Assembly (NCBI GenBank): GCA_030390025.1
Contig: JASTWF010000340.1
Location: 248,001 to 312,000 of the forward strand
DNA from: Squalus acanthias
Lineage: Eukaryota
DNA length: 64,000 nt
Direction of reading: 5' to 3'
Shown here piece after piece: positions 1-13,862 of this stretch (positions are counted from its first letter, which is position 1; every line of letters begins with the position of its first letter). Position numbers and translations under genes: made by a program. The notes below the pieces were generated by a model. The model was not told the DNA's origin. It saw only the letters and a list, made by a program, of their open reading frames with translations, and did no database searches.

Positions 1-2846
1 TCAGGAAGGACAGACAGGAAGGAAGAGGAGGTGGGGTAGCTATGTTAATAAAGGAAGGAATCACTGTATTACAGAGAAATTATATTGGGTCAAAGGATCA
101 GGATAATGAAACAGTTTGGGTGGAGATAAGGAATAATAAAGGGGAAAAAAACACTAGTGGGAGTAGTATATAGGCCTCCTAATAGTTGCAACTCTGCTGG
201 AAGAAGTATTAATCAGGAAACAGTTGGGGCATGTAATAAGGGAACAGCTATAATTATGGGGGATTTTAACTATAATATTAACTGGACAAATCAAATTGGG
301 CAGGGCAGCCTTGAGGAAGAGTTTATTGAGTGTATTAGGGATGGATTTCTTGAGCAGTATGTAACTGATCCTACAAGGGGGCAAGCAACCTTGGACCTGG
401 TCCTGTGTAATGAGTCAGGATTAATTAATAATGTCCTAGTTAAGGATCCCCTTGGAATGAGTGACCATAACATGGTTGAATTCCATATCCAATTAGAGGG
501 TGAGAAGGTTGGTTCTCAGACAAGCGTACTGAGCTTGAATAAATGAGACTATGATGGTATGAGAGCGGAATTGATTAAATTGGACTGGGAAAATAGATTA
601 AAGGGTAAGACGGTACATGAGCAGTGGTGTTCATTCAAGGAGTTATTTTACAACTTTCAAAAAATATATATTCCACTGAGGAAAAAAGGGTGTAAAAGAA
701 ATGACAGCCATCCATGGCTAAGTAAAGAAATTAAGGATAGCATCCAACTAAAAACAAGGACATATAAGGTAGCCAAACTTAGTGGGAGGATAGAAGATTG
801 GGAAGTCTTCAAAAGACAGCAAAAAGTAACTAAAGGATTGATTAAGAAAGGGAAGATAGATTATGAAAATAAATTAGCAAAAAATATAAAAACAGAAAGC
901 AAGAGTTTCTATAGTTTTTTAAAAAGAAAAAGGGTGGCTAAGGCAAACGTAGGTCCCTTAGAGGATGAGACCGGGAAATTAATGGTGGGAAACATGGAGA
1001 TGGCAAAATTGCTGAACAAATATTTTGTTTCAGTCTTTACGGTAGAGGGCACTAAGAATATCCCAACACTGGACAAACAGGGGGCTCTAGGGGGGGAGGA
1101 GCTAAATACGATTAAAATCACTAAGGAATTGGTACTCAGTAAAATAATGGGACTCAAGGCGGATAAATCCCCTGGACCTGATGGCTTACATCCTAGGGTC
1201 TTGAGGGAAGTGGCAATAGGGATTGTGGATGCTTTGGTAATAATTTTCCAAAATTCCCTGGAATCAGCAAAGTTCCCGGAGATTGGAAAACTGCTAATGT
1301 AACACCCTTATTTAAAAAGGGTAGTAGGCAGAAAGCTGGAAATTATAGACCAGTTAGTCTAACATCTGTGGTGGGTAAAATTTTGGAGTCTATTATTAAG
1401 GAGACAGTAACGGAACATTTAGATAAACATAATTTGATAGGACAAAGTCAGCATGGCTTTATGAAGGGGAAATCATGTCTGACATATTTGCTTGAGTTCT
1501 TTGAGGACATAACGTACAGGGTGGATAAAGGGGAACCAATGGACGTAGTGTATTTCGACTTCCAGAAGGGATTCGACAAGGTGCCACATAAAAGATTATT
1601 GCTCAAGATAAAAAATCACTGGATTTGGGGGAATATTCTGGCATGGGTGGAGGATTGGTTATCTAACAGGAAGCAGAGAGTTGGGATAAATGGTTCATTC
1701 TCGGACTGGCAACCAGTAGCCAGTGGTGTTCCGCAGGGGTCGGTGCTGGGTCCCCAACTCTTTACAATCTATATTAACGATTTGGAGGAGGGGACCAAGT
1801 GTAATATATCAAAGTTTGCAGATGATACAAAGATGGGAGGGAAAGTAGAAAGTGAGGAGGACATAAAAAACCTACAAGGGGATATAGACAGGCTGGGTGA
1901 GTGGGCGGGATTTGGCAGATGCAATGCAATATTGGAAAATGTGAGGTTATGCACTTTGTCAGGAAAAATCAGAGAGCAAGTTATTTTCTTAATGGCGAGA
2001 AACTGGCAAGTAGTGCAGTACAAAGGGATCTGGGGGTCCTAGTGCAAGAGAATCAAAAAGTTAGTATGCAGGTGCAGCAGGTGATCAAGAAGGCCAATGG
2101 AATGTTGGCTTTTATTGCTAGGGGGATAGATTATAAAAACAGGGAGGTATTGAGGCAGTTATATAAGGTATTGGTGAGACCGCATCTGGAATACTGCATA
2201 CAGTTTTGGTGTCCATACTTAAGAAAAGACATACTTGCTCTCGAGGTCGTACAAATAAGGTTCACTCGGTTAATCCCCGGGATGAGGGGGTGGACATACG
2301 AGGAGAGGTTGAGTAGATTGTGAATCTACTCATTGGAGTTCAGAAGAATGAGAGGCGATCTTATTGAAACATATAAGATTGTGAAGGGGCTTGATCGGGT
2401 GGATGCGGTAAGGATGTTCCCAAGGATGGGTGAAACTAGAACTAGGGGGCATAATCTTCGAATAAGGGGCTGCTCTTTCAAAACTGAGATGAGGAGAAAC
2501 TTCTTCACTCAGAGGGTAGCAGGTCTGTGGAATTTGCTGCCCCAGGAAGCTGTGGAAGCTACATCATTAAATAAATTTAAAACAGAAATAGACAGTTTCC
2601 TAGAAGTAAAGGGAATTAGGGGTTACGGGGAGCGGGCAGGAAATTGGACATGAGGCTGAGTTCGTATCGGTCGAGGCCCTGTGGGTGGCGTAGCGGGCCC
2701 AGGGGCTGAGTGGCCGGGTCCTGCTCCTACTTCTTGTGTTCTTTAGATTTCAGGTGAGGATCAGATCAGCCATGATCTTATTGAATGGCGGAGTAGGCTC
2801 GAAGGGCCGATTGGCCTACTCCTGCTCCTATTTCTTATGTTCTTAT
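1..2846 (+). mobile_element. CR1-clade LINE, ORF2 (APE + RT) disrupted by stops/frameshifts; 5' part lies outside the window
   Basis: Consecutive ORF pieces 157-546, 559-1302, 1368-2042, 1901-2323 and 2333-2653 carry [34 protein letters not shown] and RNFFTQRV; ends in a TTCTTATG-type tail. Confidence 0.95.
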
Positions 2847-3349
2847 ATCACAAAGAGGTTGAAATTCTATGTAACTCTATTTAATTTCAGGCTGAAGTTA
2901 ACAGTGACAGCAAATGCTGTAAAGGGAGCCTGTGGATTCAACTCAGAAGCGCTTCAGTTCAGGCAGAGAGTAATTTAATCCCTGACAGTAAGAACAGTAC
3001 ATCAGAACCAAGAATGTGTTTAAACACATTGAAAGAAATACATTGTGGCATTCTTTGTTGTACACTTTCAACCGAATAATTAATTAATTCTTGGACAACC
3101 CTCCACCATGTGTGATGCAGTAGCAGACAGAAACTCCGTACTTTCATACATTAATACAATTCAATTCAATTCAATTTTTTAAATGCAAAAAAAAGTTAAA
3201 TCAGATTCTACTCGTATCTTCTAAACTATATAACAGGGGATGTGTTTAGGAAAATTACACAAACAGAATGGGATAAATCACAGGATACTGTCAGCCACAG
3301 TGCAATTTAGGAAGAGAATGACAGTAACTTAAGAGACGGATGATTCATT

Positions 3350-4092
3350 GGCCCAAAAATTCGTGAGGAAGCCTTCGTGCGAGGGTAAGGCTTCTATGCG
3401 ATCTCTCACTGCGCGTTGGCTTTTTCAGTTCCAGCTCGCACGAACTTGATGTTCTGGACAGCTGCTGTGCTGGGCTTGCGTATCCCACCGGCGTAGTTAA
3501 TTCGTGCGAGCTGTGGGATCACGTGACTCAGTTAGAGCCAATGACAGCACACCATCTTCCATTCATAACTTTCACATAAGTGCTGTGAAAGTTATGAATA
3601 CTATAGCCCCCCAAAAGAACCGCTAAACCTCAATTAAATTAAAAAAAAAACCATCACATTAATAAAATAAGTATAGTTAAATAAATTAACCATTTTATAT
3701 AAAAAAATAAATTTTTGAAAATATTTTAAATCTTTTAAAACGTTATAAAAATAAACTTACCTGTCTTTAAAGTCTCTAAAAAAGATATACCTGTTAAAAA
3801 AAATTCAAAATAATACTTAATTCACTACTTACCTTGTTAAAAGTGGGTCTTACTCCTCCTTTTTTTATGTGTAGAATCTTCCGTACTTACCTGCGCGTTG
3901 AAACCACTAAGTGCACAGCGTGCGCGCAGCCTGTAGCGCGCACGCGGTTCACCTAGGACCCGCCCCATTTTCCATTCACCAAGTGCCGGTTTTCAGCGCA
4001 TGCGCAGTGCATGCAGAAAACCGGCAATTGGAGACAGAATACGCGAGAGTACGCAGTGCGTACTCTCGCGTAGCGGCACTAATTTTTGGGCC
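3350..4092 (+). mobile_element. Non-autonomous TIR DNA transposon (MITE) copy 1, PIF/Harbinger-like
   Basis: Perfect TIR GGCCCAAAAATT...AATTTTTGGGCC; TSD ATT at 3347-3349 and 4093-4095; no transposase-like ORF; four further copies in the window. Confidence 0.9.
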
Positions 4093-7000
4093 ATTATTTC
4101 AGCTTTTATCAGCTATGAAAGGAAGTTAGATGGTCAGCTGTTTACTTAGAATATGGCCAAGGCCAAGGTAGTGGGTTTCACAGGCAAACTATTCAGCAGA
4201 AGAGCATGTGTAGGGATAGGAGAGAGATTGGGGAAAGACTCAGAATCAGAGCTCGGAGAGGGCGGAGCCTCAGATGTGTTTGAAATTTGTGACCAGGGGA
4301 ATTGTGGGATTTAGCAGAGGCATCTAAACGGATGGTCCTAATCTTAGTGACTTCGGTTATGTGGAGAGCCTAGAAAAGTTGGGATTTTTCTCCTTATAGC
4401 ATCTAGGTTCAATGGCTGATTCATCACAAAGGCAACAGGGCTGAGAAACTTCAGTTATGTGGAGAGATTAGTAGCAGGGATTATGTTTTTCCTTAGAGCA
4501 GAGAAGGTTAAGGGGATATTTATGATTAATATACCGAGAGTGAGGGACTTTGTTCGGTGGAGAGACTAGGGAAGGGGGGATTGTTCTCCTTAGGGCAGTG
4601 GAGGGTTAACTTGAGTTATACCAGTATGGTACCGGCGATGAGGGGCTTCATTTATGAGGAGATGTGATAGAAGCTGGGGTTTTACTGGTGCAATCTGCAT
4701 GGAACAAAGAAGAGGAATTAAATACGGATCAGCAAAGAATATGAAAATATTTCAGGCTACAGTCAACAGTGAAAGGAAATGCTTACAACGGAAACCTGTA
4801 GTTTCAGCTCAGAAGCTTCACTTTGGCCAATGAAGCATTTAAACCATGACATTAAGAAAAAGGCATCAGAACCAAAACTCAGGCTAAACATATTGAAGGA
4901 TAATGTATTGTGCGAATCTCTCTGATATTTTTAAGCGGTATAATTAGTTCATTATTTGAATACCACCACAGTTAGAATCCTTAAATTATAAAATCTTAGA
5001 GCAGAGAAGGAGGTCACTCGGTCCAACCTGCCTGTGCGGCTCTTTGAAAGACCAATCCATTTAGGCCATTTCATAGTCTTTATCCACCTAAACCTGCACG
5101 TGTTTCCATTTCAAGCATTTACCCAATTCACTTTGGACAGTTACAAATAGAGTTTCAGAAACAGATTGATTCTCAGTCATTAATTTATTAATAAAATTTA
5201 AATCCAGTCTTTTAAATTACATCCGGGATGATATTCCACCTAGAATCACTTAAACTATAAATTAGGGGCGTGTACTCAAACATAATGTGTGAAATAGGAA
5301 CATACAAACCGACTCTTAGCCCTGTATTGTGCGACAGATGTAACTGTGCCTTGAAATCAATGTAAGTTTGTTTCAGAGTCCAAAACATTTAAAATGAGGA
5401 AACGGAATCGGAACCATAAGATTTAAATTCCCTTTGCAGGAAAATGAAATCCATGTGTTTCACATTTCCTTTATCTAAAAAGCAAGTCTGCTTGAGGAAC
5501 GGTTGGAAATGTAGTAAACTTGAAATATAGTAAGCATTGATGAGGTTAGCTGCAGACTTCAGGAAGGCAGAGATAGGCTGGTGAAATGGGCAGACACGTG
5601 GCAGATTACATTTAATACAGAAAAATGTGAAGTGATGCATTTTGCGTAGGCAAATGAGAAGAGGCAATATAAAGGATATTATAAAATGTTACAGGGCATT
5701 CAGGGTGCACATAAACAAGATACGTTGGTCAATATATTTTAAAATCTTTAAGAACTTTGACTGTAAAAGTTGAGGTATAAAGTACAAAAGGAAGGAGGTG
5801 ATGCTAATCATTTGTATATCACTGGTAAGGCTTCAGCTGGAGCAATGTTTCCAATTCTCAGCAAAACACTTTAGGAAGGATGTCACGACATTGTAAAGCG
5901 TGCCAAGGAAATTTACCAGAATGGTGCATTGGATGAGGGAATTCAGGTATGTAGAATAACTAGAGAAGCTGGGATTGGTTTCCTTAGAGCAGAGAAGGTT
6001 AAGGTGTGATGTATAAGTAATATAGCGGGAATGAGGGACTTCAGCTCCGTGGAGAGGCTAGAGAATGTGGGATTATTCTCCTTAGAGCAGTGAAGGTGAA
6101 GCGGAGATTTACCAGTACGGTAGCGGGGATGAGGGTCTTCAGTTATGAGGAGAGACTAGGGAAGGTGGGATTATTCTCCTTAGAGCAGTGAAGGTGAAGT
6201 GGAGATTTAACAGTATGATACCGGAAATGAGGGACTTCAGTTTGGAGGACTGATGAGAGAAGCTGGGGTTGTTCTGCTGTTATCTGCAGGGAATAAAGAA
6301 GAGGCATTTAATACCGATAAGCAAAGAGTATGAAAATAATTCAGAGTGCAGTCAACATTGATAGGAAATGCTTACAAGGGAAACCTATGTTTTCAGGTCA
6401 GAAGCGCTTCACGTCGGACAAGGAGGAATTTAAACACTGACATTAACAACAGGGCATCAGAACCAAGAATCAGGCTAAACACATTGAAGGATAATGCATT
6501 GTGGGAATCTCTCTGATATGTTTTACGCCGTATAATTAGTTAATTATTTGAATACCACCACAGTTAGAATCAGACATTTATAGATCAATAGAGCAGAGAA
6601 GGAGGTCACTCGGTCCAACCAGTTTGTGCGGCTCTTTCAAAGACCAATCCAATTAGGCCCTTTCATAGACTTTATCCACCTAAACCTGCCCGTGTTTCGT
6701 GTTCAAGCATTTACCCAATTCCATTTTGACAGTTACAATTAATGGATCAGAAACAGACTAATTCTCAGACATTCATTTATTATTAGAATTGATATCCAGT
6801 CTTTTAAATTTAATCAGGGATAATATTCCATCTAGAATCTCCTAAACTGTAAATTAGGGGACGTGTACAGAAACACAATGTGTGAATTAAAAACGTACAA
6901 ACCGCCTCTTAGCCCTGTATTTTGAAACAAATGTAACTGTGCCTAGAAATCAATGTAGTTTGGATCAGAGTCCAATCAATTAAAATGAGTGTAGTAAGCA

Positions 7001-10000
7001 TTGAGGAGGTTAGCAGCAGATTTCAGGAGGGCAGAGATAGGCTGGTGAATTTACAGACACGTGGCAGATGACATTTAATGCAGAGAAATGTGAAGTGATG
7101 AATTTTGGGTAGACAAATGAGGAGACAATATAAAGGAAATAATACAATGTCACAGGGCATTCAGAGTGCACATAAATAAGATAAGTTGGACAATATGTAA
7201 AAAAAAACTTTAAGATCATTGACTTTAAAAGAAGAGGCATAAAGTACAAAAGGAAGGATGTTTGCTAAACCTTTGTATATCATTGGTTAGGTCTCAGTTG
7301 GAGCATTGTCTCCAATTATGGGCACGACACTTTATGAAGGATGTCACGACCTTGTAAAGGGTGCGAAGGAAATTTACCTGAATGGTGCCAGGGATGAGGG
7401 AATTCAGTTATGTAGAATAAAGAGAGAAGCTGGGATTGGTCTCCTTATCGCAGAGAGGTATAAGGGAACATTTACCAGTATGTCACGAGGTCTGAGTAAC
7501 TTCAGTTCTGTAGAGAGATTAGAGAAACTGGGAAGTTTTTTCTCCTTAGAGCAGAGAAGGTTCAGGTGTGATGTATCAGAAATATACAGGGAAAGAGGAA
7601 ATTCAATTACGTGGAGACACACGAGAGGATGGGATTATTCTCCTTAGAGCATTGAAGGTGAAGTGGAGATTTACCAGTACGGTACCGAGGATGAGTGACT
7701 ACAGTTATGAGGAGAGACTAGGGAAAGTGACATTATTCTCCTTAGAGCAGTGAAGGTGAAGTGGAGATTTACCAATACAGTAGCGGGGATTAGGGACTTC
7801 AGTTTTGAGGAGGGACTGGGGAAGGTGGCATTATTATCCTTAGAGCAGTGAAGGTGAAGTGGAGATTTAACAGTATAGTACCGGGAATGAGGGATTTCAG
7901 TTTGGAGGACAGATGAGAGAAGCTGGGGTTGTTCTGCTGTTATCTACAGGGAACAAAGAAGAGGCATTAAATACCGATAAGTTAAAAATATGAATAAAAT
8001 TCAGGCTGCAGTCAACAGTGACAGGAAATGCTTACAACGGAAACCTGTGGTTTCAGCTCAGAAGCGCTTCACGTCGGACAATGAAGTATTTAAACCCTGA
8101 CATTGACAACAGGGCATCAGAACCAAGACGCAGGCTAAACATATTGAAGGACAATGCATGGAGGGAATCTCTCTGATATGTTTTAAGCCGTATAATTAGT
8201 TAATTATTTGAATAACACCACAGTTAGAATCAGACATTTATAGAATAATAGAGCAGAGAGGGAGGTCACTAGGTCCAACCTGCCTGTGCGGCTCTTTGAA
8301 AGACCAATCCAATTGGGCCCTTTGATAGACTTTATCGACCTAAACCTGCACGTGTTTCCTGTTCAAGCATTTACACAATTCACTTTTGACAGTTACTATT
8401 AGAGGTTCACAAACAGATTGATTCTCAGACATTAATTTATTAATACAATTGAAATCCAGTCTTTTAAGTTACATCAGGGATAAAAGTCCACATAGAATCT
8501 GCTAAACTATAAATTAGTGATGTGTACACAAACACAATGTGCCAAATAGCAGCATAAAAACCGCCTCTTAGCTCTGTATTCTGCTACAGATGTAACTTTG
8601 ACTAGAAATCAATGTAGTTTGTTTCAGGGTCCAAAAAATTAAAATGAGTAAACGGCATCGGAAATATGAGATTTAAATCATCTTTGCAGGAAAATGAAAT
8701 CCATGTGTTTCACATTTATTTTATCTGAAATGCAAGTCAGCTGGGATCACGGTGGGAAATGTAATAAACTTGAAATTTTAATAAGCAGTGATGAGGTTAT
8801 CAGCAGACTTCATGAGGGCAGAGATAGGCTGATGAAATGGGCAGACACGTGGCAGATTACATTTAATGCAGAAAATGTGAAGTGATGAATGTTGGGTAGG
8901 CAAATGAGAAGAGACAATTCTCAGCAGTAGAATTTAGGAAGGATGTCACGACCTTGTACAGGATGCTAAGGAAATTTACCAAAATGTTGACATGAATGAG
9001 GGAATTCAGTTATGTCGAATAACTAGAGAAGCTGGGATTGGTCTCCTTATGGCAGAGAGGTATAAGGAAAGATTTACCTGAATGGCACGAGGCCTGAGCA
9101 ACTTCAGTTAAGTAGAGAGATTAGAGAAACTGGGATGTCTTTTCTCCATAGACCAGAGAAGGTTAAATTGTGATGTATCTGTAATATACCGGGAAAGAGG
9201 AATTCAGTTACGTGGAGACACTAAGAAGGTAGGATTATTCTCCTCAGAGCAGTGAAGGTGAAATGTAGATTTACCAGTCCGGTAGCGGGTATGAGGGACC
9301 TCAGTTATGAGGAGAGACTAGGGAAGGTGGGATTATTCTCCTTAGAGCAGTGAAGGTGTAGTGGAGATTTAACAGTACGGAATCGGAAATATAAGATTTA
9401 AATCATCTTTGCAGGAAAATGAAATCCATGTATTTCACATTTCTTTTCCTTGAAAAGAAAGACAGCTTGGAGCACGGTGGGAAATGTAGTAAACTTGAAC
9501 TTGTAATAAGCAGTGAGGAGACTATCAGCAGACTTCAGGAGGGCAAAGACAGGCTGGTGAAATGGGCAGACACGTGGCAGATTACATTTAATGCAGAGAA
9601 ATGTGAAGTGATGAATTGAGGGTAGGCAAATGTGAAGATATAATATATAGGATATTATAAAATGTTCCAGGGCATACAGGGTGCAGATAAACAAGATAAG
9701 TTGGTCAATATATTTTAAAATCTTTAAGATCTTTGGCTTTAAAAGTTGAGTTATAAAGTACAAAATGAAGGAGGTGATGCTAATCATTTGTATATCACTG
9801 GTTAGTCTTCAGCTGGAGCAATGTTTCCAATTCTCAGTACCACACTTTAGGAAGGATGTCACGACATTGTAAAGGATGCCGAGGAAATTTACCAGCATGA
9901 TGCCATGGATGAGGGAATTCAGTTATGCAGAATAACTATAGAAGCTGGGATTGGTCTACCTATGGCAGAGAGGTATAAGGAAAGATTTGCCAAAATGGCA

Positions 10001-13000
10001 CGAGGCCTGAGAAACTTCAGTTATGCAGAGAGATTAGAGAAACTGGGGTGTCTTTTATCCTTAGAGCAGAGAAGGTTAAGGTGTGAACTATCTGTAATAT
10101 ACCGGGAATGAGGAAATTCAGTTCCGTGGAGACACTAAGGAAGGTGGGATTATTCTCCTTAGAGCAGTGAAGGAGAAGTGGAGATTTACCAGTACGGTAC
10201 CAGGAATGAGGGACTTCAGTTTGGAGGACAGATGAGAGAAGCTGGGGTGGTTCTTGTTTAATCAGCAGGGAACAAAGAAGAGGAATTAAATACCGATTAT
10301 CAAAGAACATGAAAAAAATTCAGGCTGAAGTCAACAGAGACAGAAAATGCTTGCAATGGAAACCTTTGATTTCAGCTCAGAAGCGCTTCACGTCGCACAA
10401 TGAAGCATTTAAACACTGACATTAACAACAGGGCATCAGAAACAAGACTCAGGCTAAACACATTGAATGATAATGCATGGAGGGAATCACTCTGATATTT
10501 TTAAGTCGTATAATTAGTTAATTATTTGATTACAATAAAAGTTAGAATCAGACATTTACAGAACCTTAGAGCAGAGAAGGAGAACAATCAGTCCAACATG
10601 CCGGTGCGGCTCTTTGAAAGACCAATCCAATTAAGCCATTTCATAGGCTTTATCCACATAGCCCTGCACGTGTTTCCTGTTGAAGCATTTACACAATTCA
10701 CTTTTGACAGTTACAATTAATGTTTCAGAAACAGATTGATTCTCAGATATTAATTTATTAATAAAATTGAATTCCAGTCTTTTAAATTATATCAGGGATG
10801 ATATTCCACCTAGAATCTAACACACTATAAATTAATGGCGTGTACACAAACACAATGTGTGAAACAGGAGCATACAATCCGCCTCTTAGCCCTGTAATGT
10901 GCTACAATTGTAACTGTGCCTTCAAATCAATGTGGTTTGTTTCAGGGTCCCAAAAAATAAAATGAGTAAACGGCATCGGAAATATAAGATTTAAATCCCC
11001 TTTGCAGGAAAATGAAATGCATGTGTTTCACATTTCAATTATCTAAAAAGCAAGTCAGCTTGGAGCACGGTTGGAAATGCAGTAAACTTGAAATTGTAGT
11101 AAGCAGTGAGGAGGTTAGAAGCAGACTTCAGGAGGGCAAAGACAGGATGGTGATATGGGCAGACACGTGGCAGATTACATTTAATGCAGGCAAATGTGAA
11201 GTTAGGAATTTTGGTAGGCAAATGAGAAGAGACAATGTAAGTAAAGTATAAAATGTTTCAGGGCATTCGGGGATGCACATAAACAAAGTAAGTTGGTCAA
11301 TATATTTTAAAAACTTTAAGAACTTTGGCTTTAAAAGTTGAGGTATAAATACGAAAGGAAGGAAGTGCTGTTAATCCTTTTATTGACACTGGTTAGGCTT
11401 CAGCTGGAGCAATGTTTCCAATCCTCAGCAACACACTTTAGGAAGGATGTCACGGCCTTGTAAAGGGTGCCAAGGAAATTTACCAGAATTGTGCCATGGA
11501 TGAGGAAATTCAGTTATGTAGAATAACTAGAGAAGCTGGGATTGGTCTCCTTATGGCAGAGAGGAATAAGAAAAGATTTACCAGAATGGCACGAGGCCTG
11601 AGCAACTTCAGTTATGTAGAGAGATTAGAGAAACTGTGATTTTTTTCTCCTTAAAGCAGAGAAGGTTAAGGTGTGATGTATCAGTATTATACTGGGAATG
11701 AGAGACTTCAGTTTAGTGGAGAGACTAGAGAAGGTGGGATTATTCTCCTCAGAGCAGTGAAGGTGAAGTGGAGATTTAACAGTACGGTGCCGGGGATGAG
11801 GGACTTCAGTTTGGAGGACAGATGAGTGAAGCTGGGATTGTTCTGGTGGAATCTGCATGGAACAAAGAAGAGGAATTAAGCAAAGAATATGAAAAAAATT
11901 CAGGCTGCAGTCAACAGTGACAGGAAACGCTTACAACGGAAACCTGTGGTTTCAGCTCAGAAGCGCTTCACGTCGGACAATGAAGCATTTAAACACTGAC
12001 ATTAACAACAGGGCATCAGAACCAAGCCTCAGGCTAAACACATTGAAGGATAATGCATGGTGGGAATCTCACTGCTATGTTTTAAGCCGTCTAATTATTT
12101 AAATACAACCACAGTTAAAATCAGACATTTATAGAATAATAGAGCAGAGAGGGAGGTCACTCGATCCAACCTGCCTGTGCGGCTCCTTGAAAGACCAATC
12201 CAATTAGGCCCTTTGATAGACTTTATCGACCTAAACCTGCACGTGTTTCCTGTTCAAGCATTTACTCAATTCCCTTTAGACAGTTACAATTAGAGATTCA
12301 GAAACAGATTTCTTCTCAGACATTCATTTATTAATACAATTGAAATCCAGTATTTTAAATTACATCAGGAATAATATTCCTTCTAGAATCTCTTAAACTG
12401 TAAATTAGTGGCGTGTACGCAAGCACAATGTGTGAATTAGGGAATACAAACCGCCTCTTAGCCCTGTATTGTGCTACAGATGTAACTATGACTTGAAATC
12501 AATGCAGTTTGTTCCAGATTCTAAAAAATTAACATGAGTAAACGGAGGCGGAACCATAAGATTTAAATCATCTTTGCAGGAAAATGAAATCTATGTGTTT
12601 CATATTTCTTTTGTCTGAAAAGCAAGTCTGCTTGAGTAACGGTTGGGAATGTAGTAAACTTGAAAGTATAGTAAGCATTGAGAAGGTTAGCAGCAGACTT
12701 CAGGAGGGCAGAGATAGGCTGATGAAATGGACAGACACGTGGCAGATTACATTTAATGCAGAAACATGTGAAGTGATGAATTTTGGGTAGGCAAATGAGA
12801 AGAGGCAATATAAAGGATATTATAAAATGTTACAGTGCATTCAGGGTGCACATAAACAAGATAAGTTGTTCAATATATTTTGAAAACTTTAAGATCTTTG
12901 CATTTAAAAGTTGAGGTGTAATGTACAAAAGGAAGGAGGTGATGCTAATCCTTTGTATATCACTGGTGAGACTTCAGCTGAAACAATGTTTCCAATTCTC

Positions 13001-13862
13001 AGCACCACACTTTAGGAAGGATGTCACGGCCTTGTAAAAGTGCCAAGGAAATTTACCAGAATGGTGCCAGGGTAGAGGGAATTCAGTTATGTAGAATAAC
13101 TGGAGAAGATGGGATTGGTCTCCTCAGGGCAGAAATGTCTAACGGAAGATTCACCAGAATGGCACGAGGCCTGAGCAACTTCAGTTATGCAGAGAGATTA
13201 GAGAAACTGGGATGTTTTTTCTCGTTAGAGCAGAGAAGGTTAAGGTGTGATGTATTAGTAATATACCGGGAATGAGGGACTTCAGTTATGAGGAGAGACT
13301 GGAGAAGGTGGGATTATTCTCCTTAGAGCATTGAAGGTGAAGTGGAGATTTACAAGTACGGTACTGGGAAAGAGGGACTTCAGTTATGAGGAGAGACTAG
13401 GGAAGGTGCCATTATTCTCCTTAGAGCAGTGAAGCAGAAGTGGCGATTTAACAGTATGGTACCGGGAATGAGCTACTTCAGTTTTGAGGAGAGATTCGAG
13501 AAGCTGGGGTTGTTCTGGTGCCATCTGCATGGAACAAAGAAGAGGAATTAAATACCGATAAGCAAGAATATGTAAAAAAATCATGCTGCAGTCAACAGTG
13601 ACAGGAAATGCTTACAACGGAAACTAGTGGTTTTAGCTCAGAAAACCTTCACCTCGGAAAAATGAAGCATTTAACCCCTGACATTAAGAACAGGACATCA
13701 GAATCAAGACACAGGCTAAACACATTCAATGATTATGCATTTTGTGAATCTCTCTGATATGTTTTAGAAACATAGAAACATAGAAAATAGGTACAGGAGT
13801 AGACCATTCGGTCCTTCGAGCCTGCACCGCCATTCAATGCGTTCATGGGTGAACATGCTACC

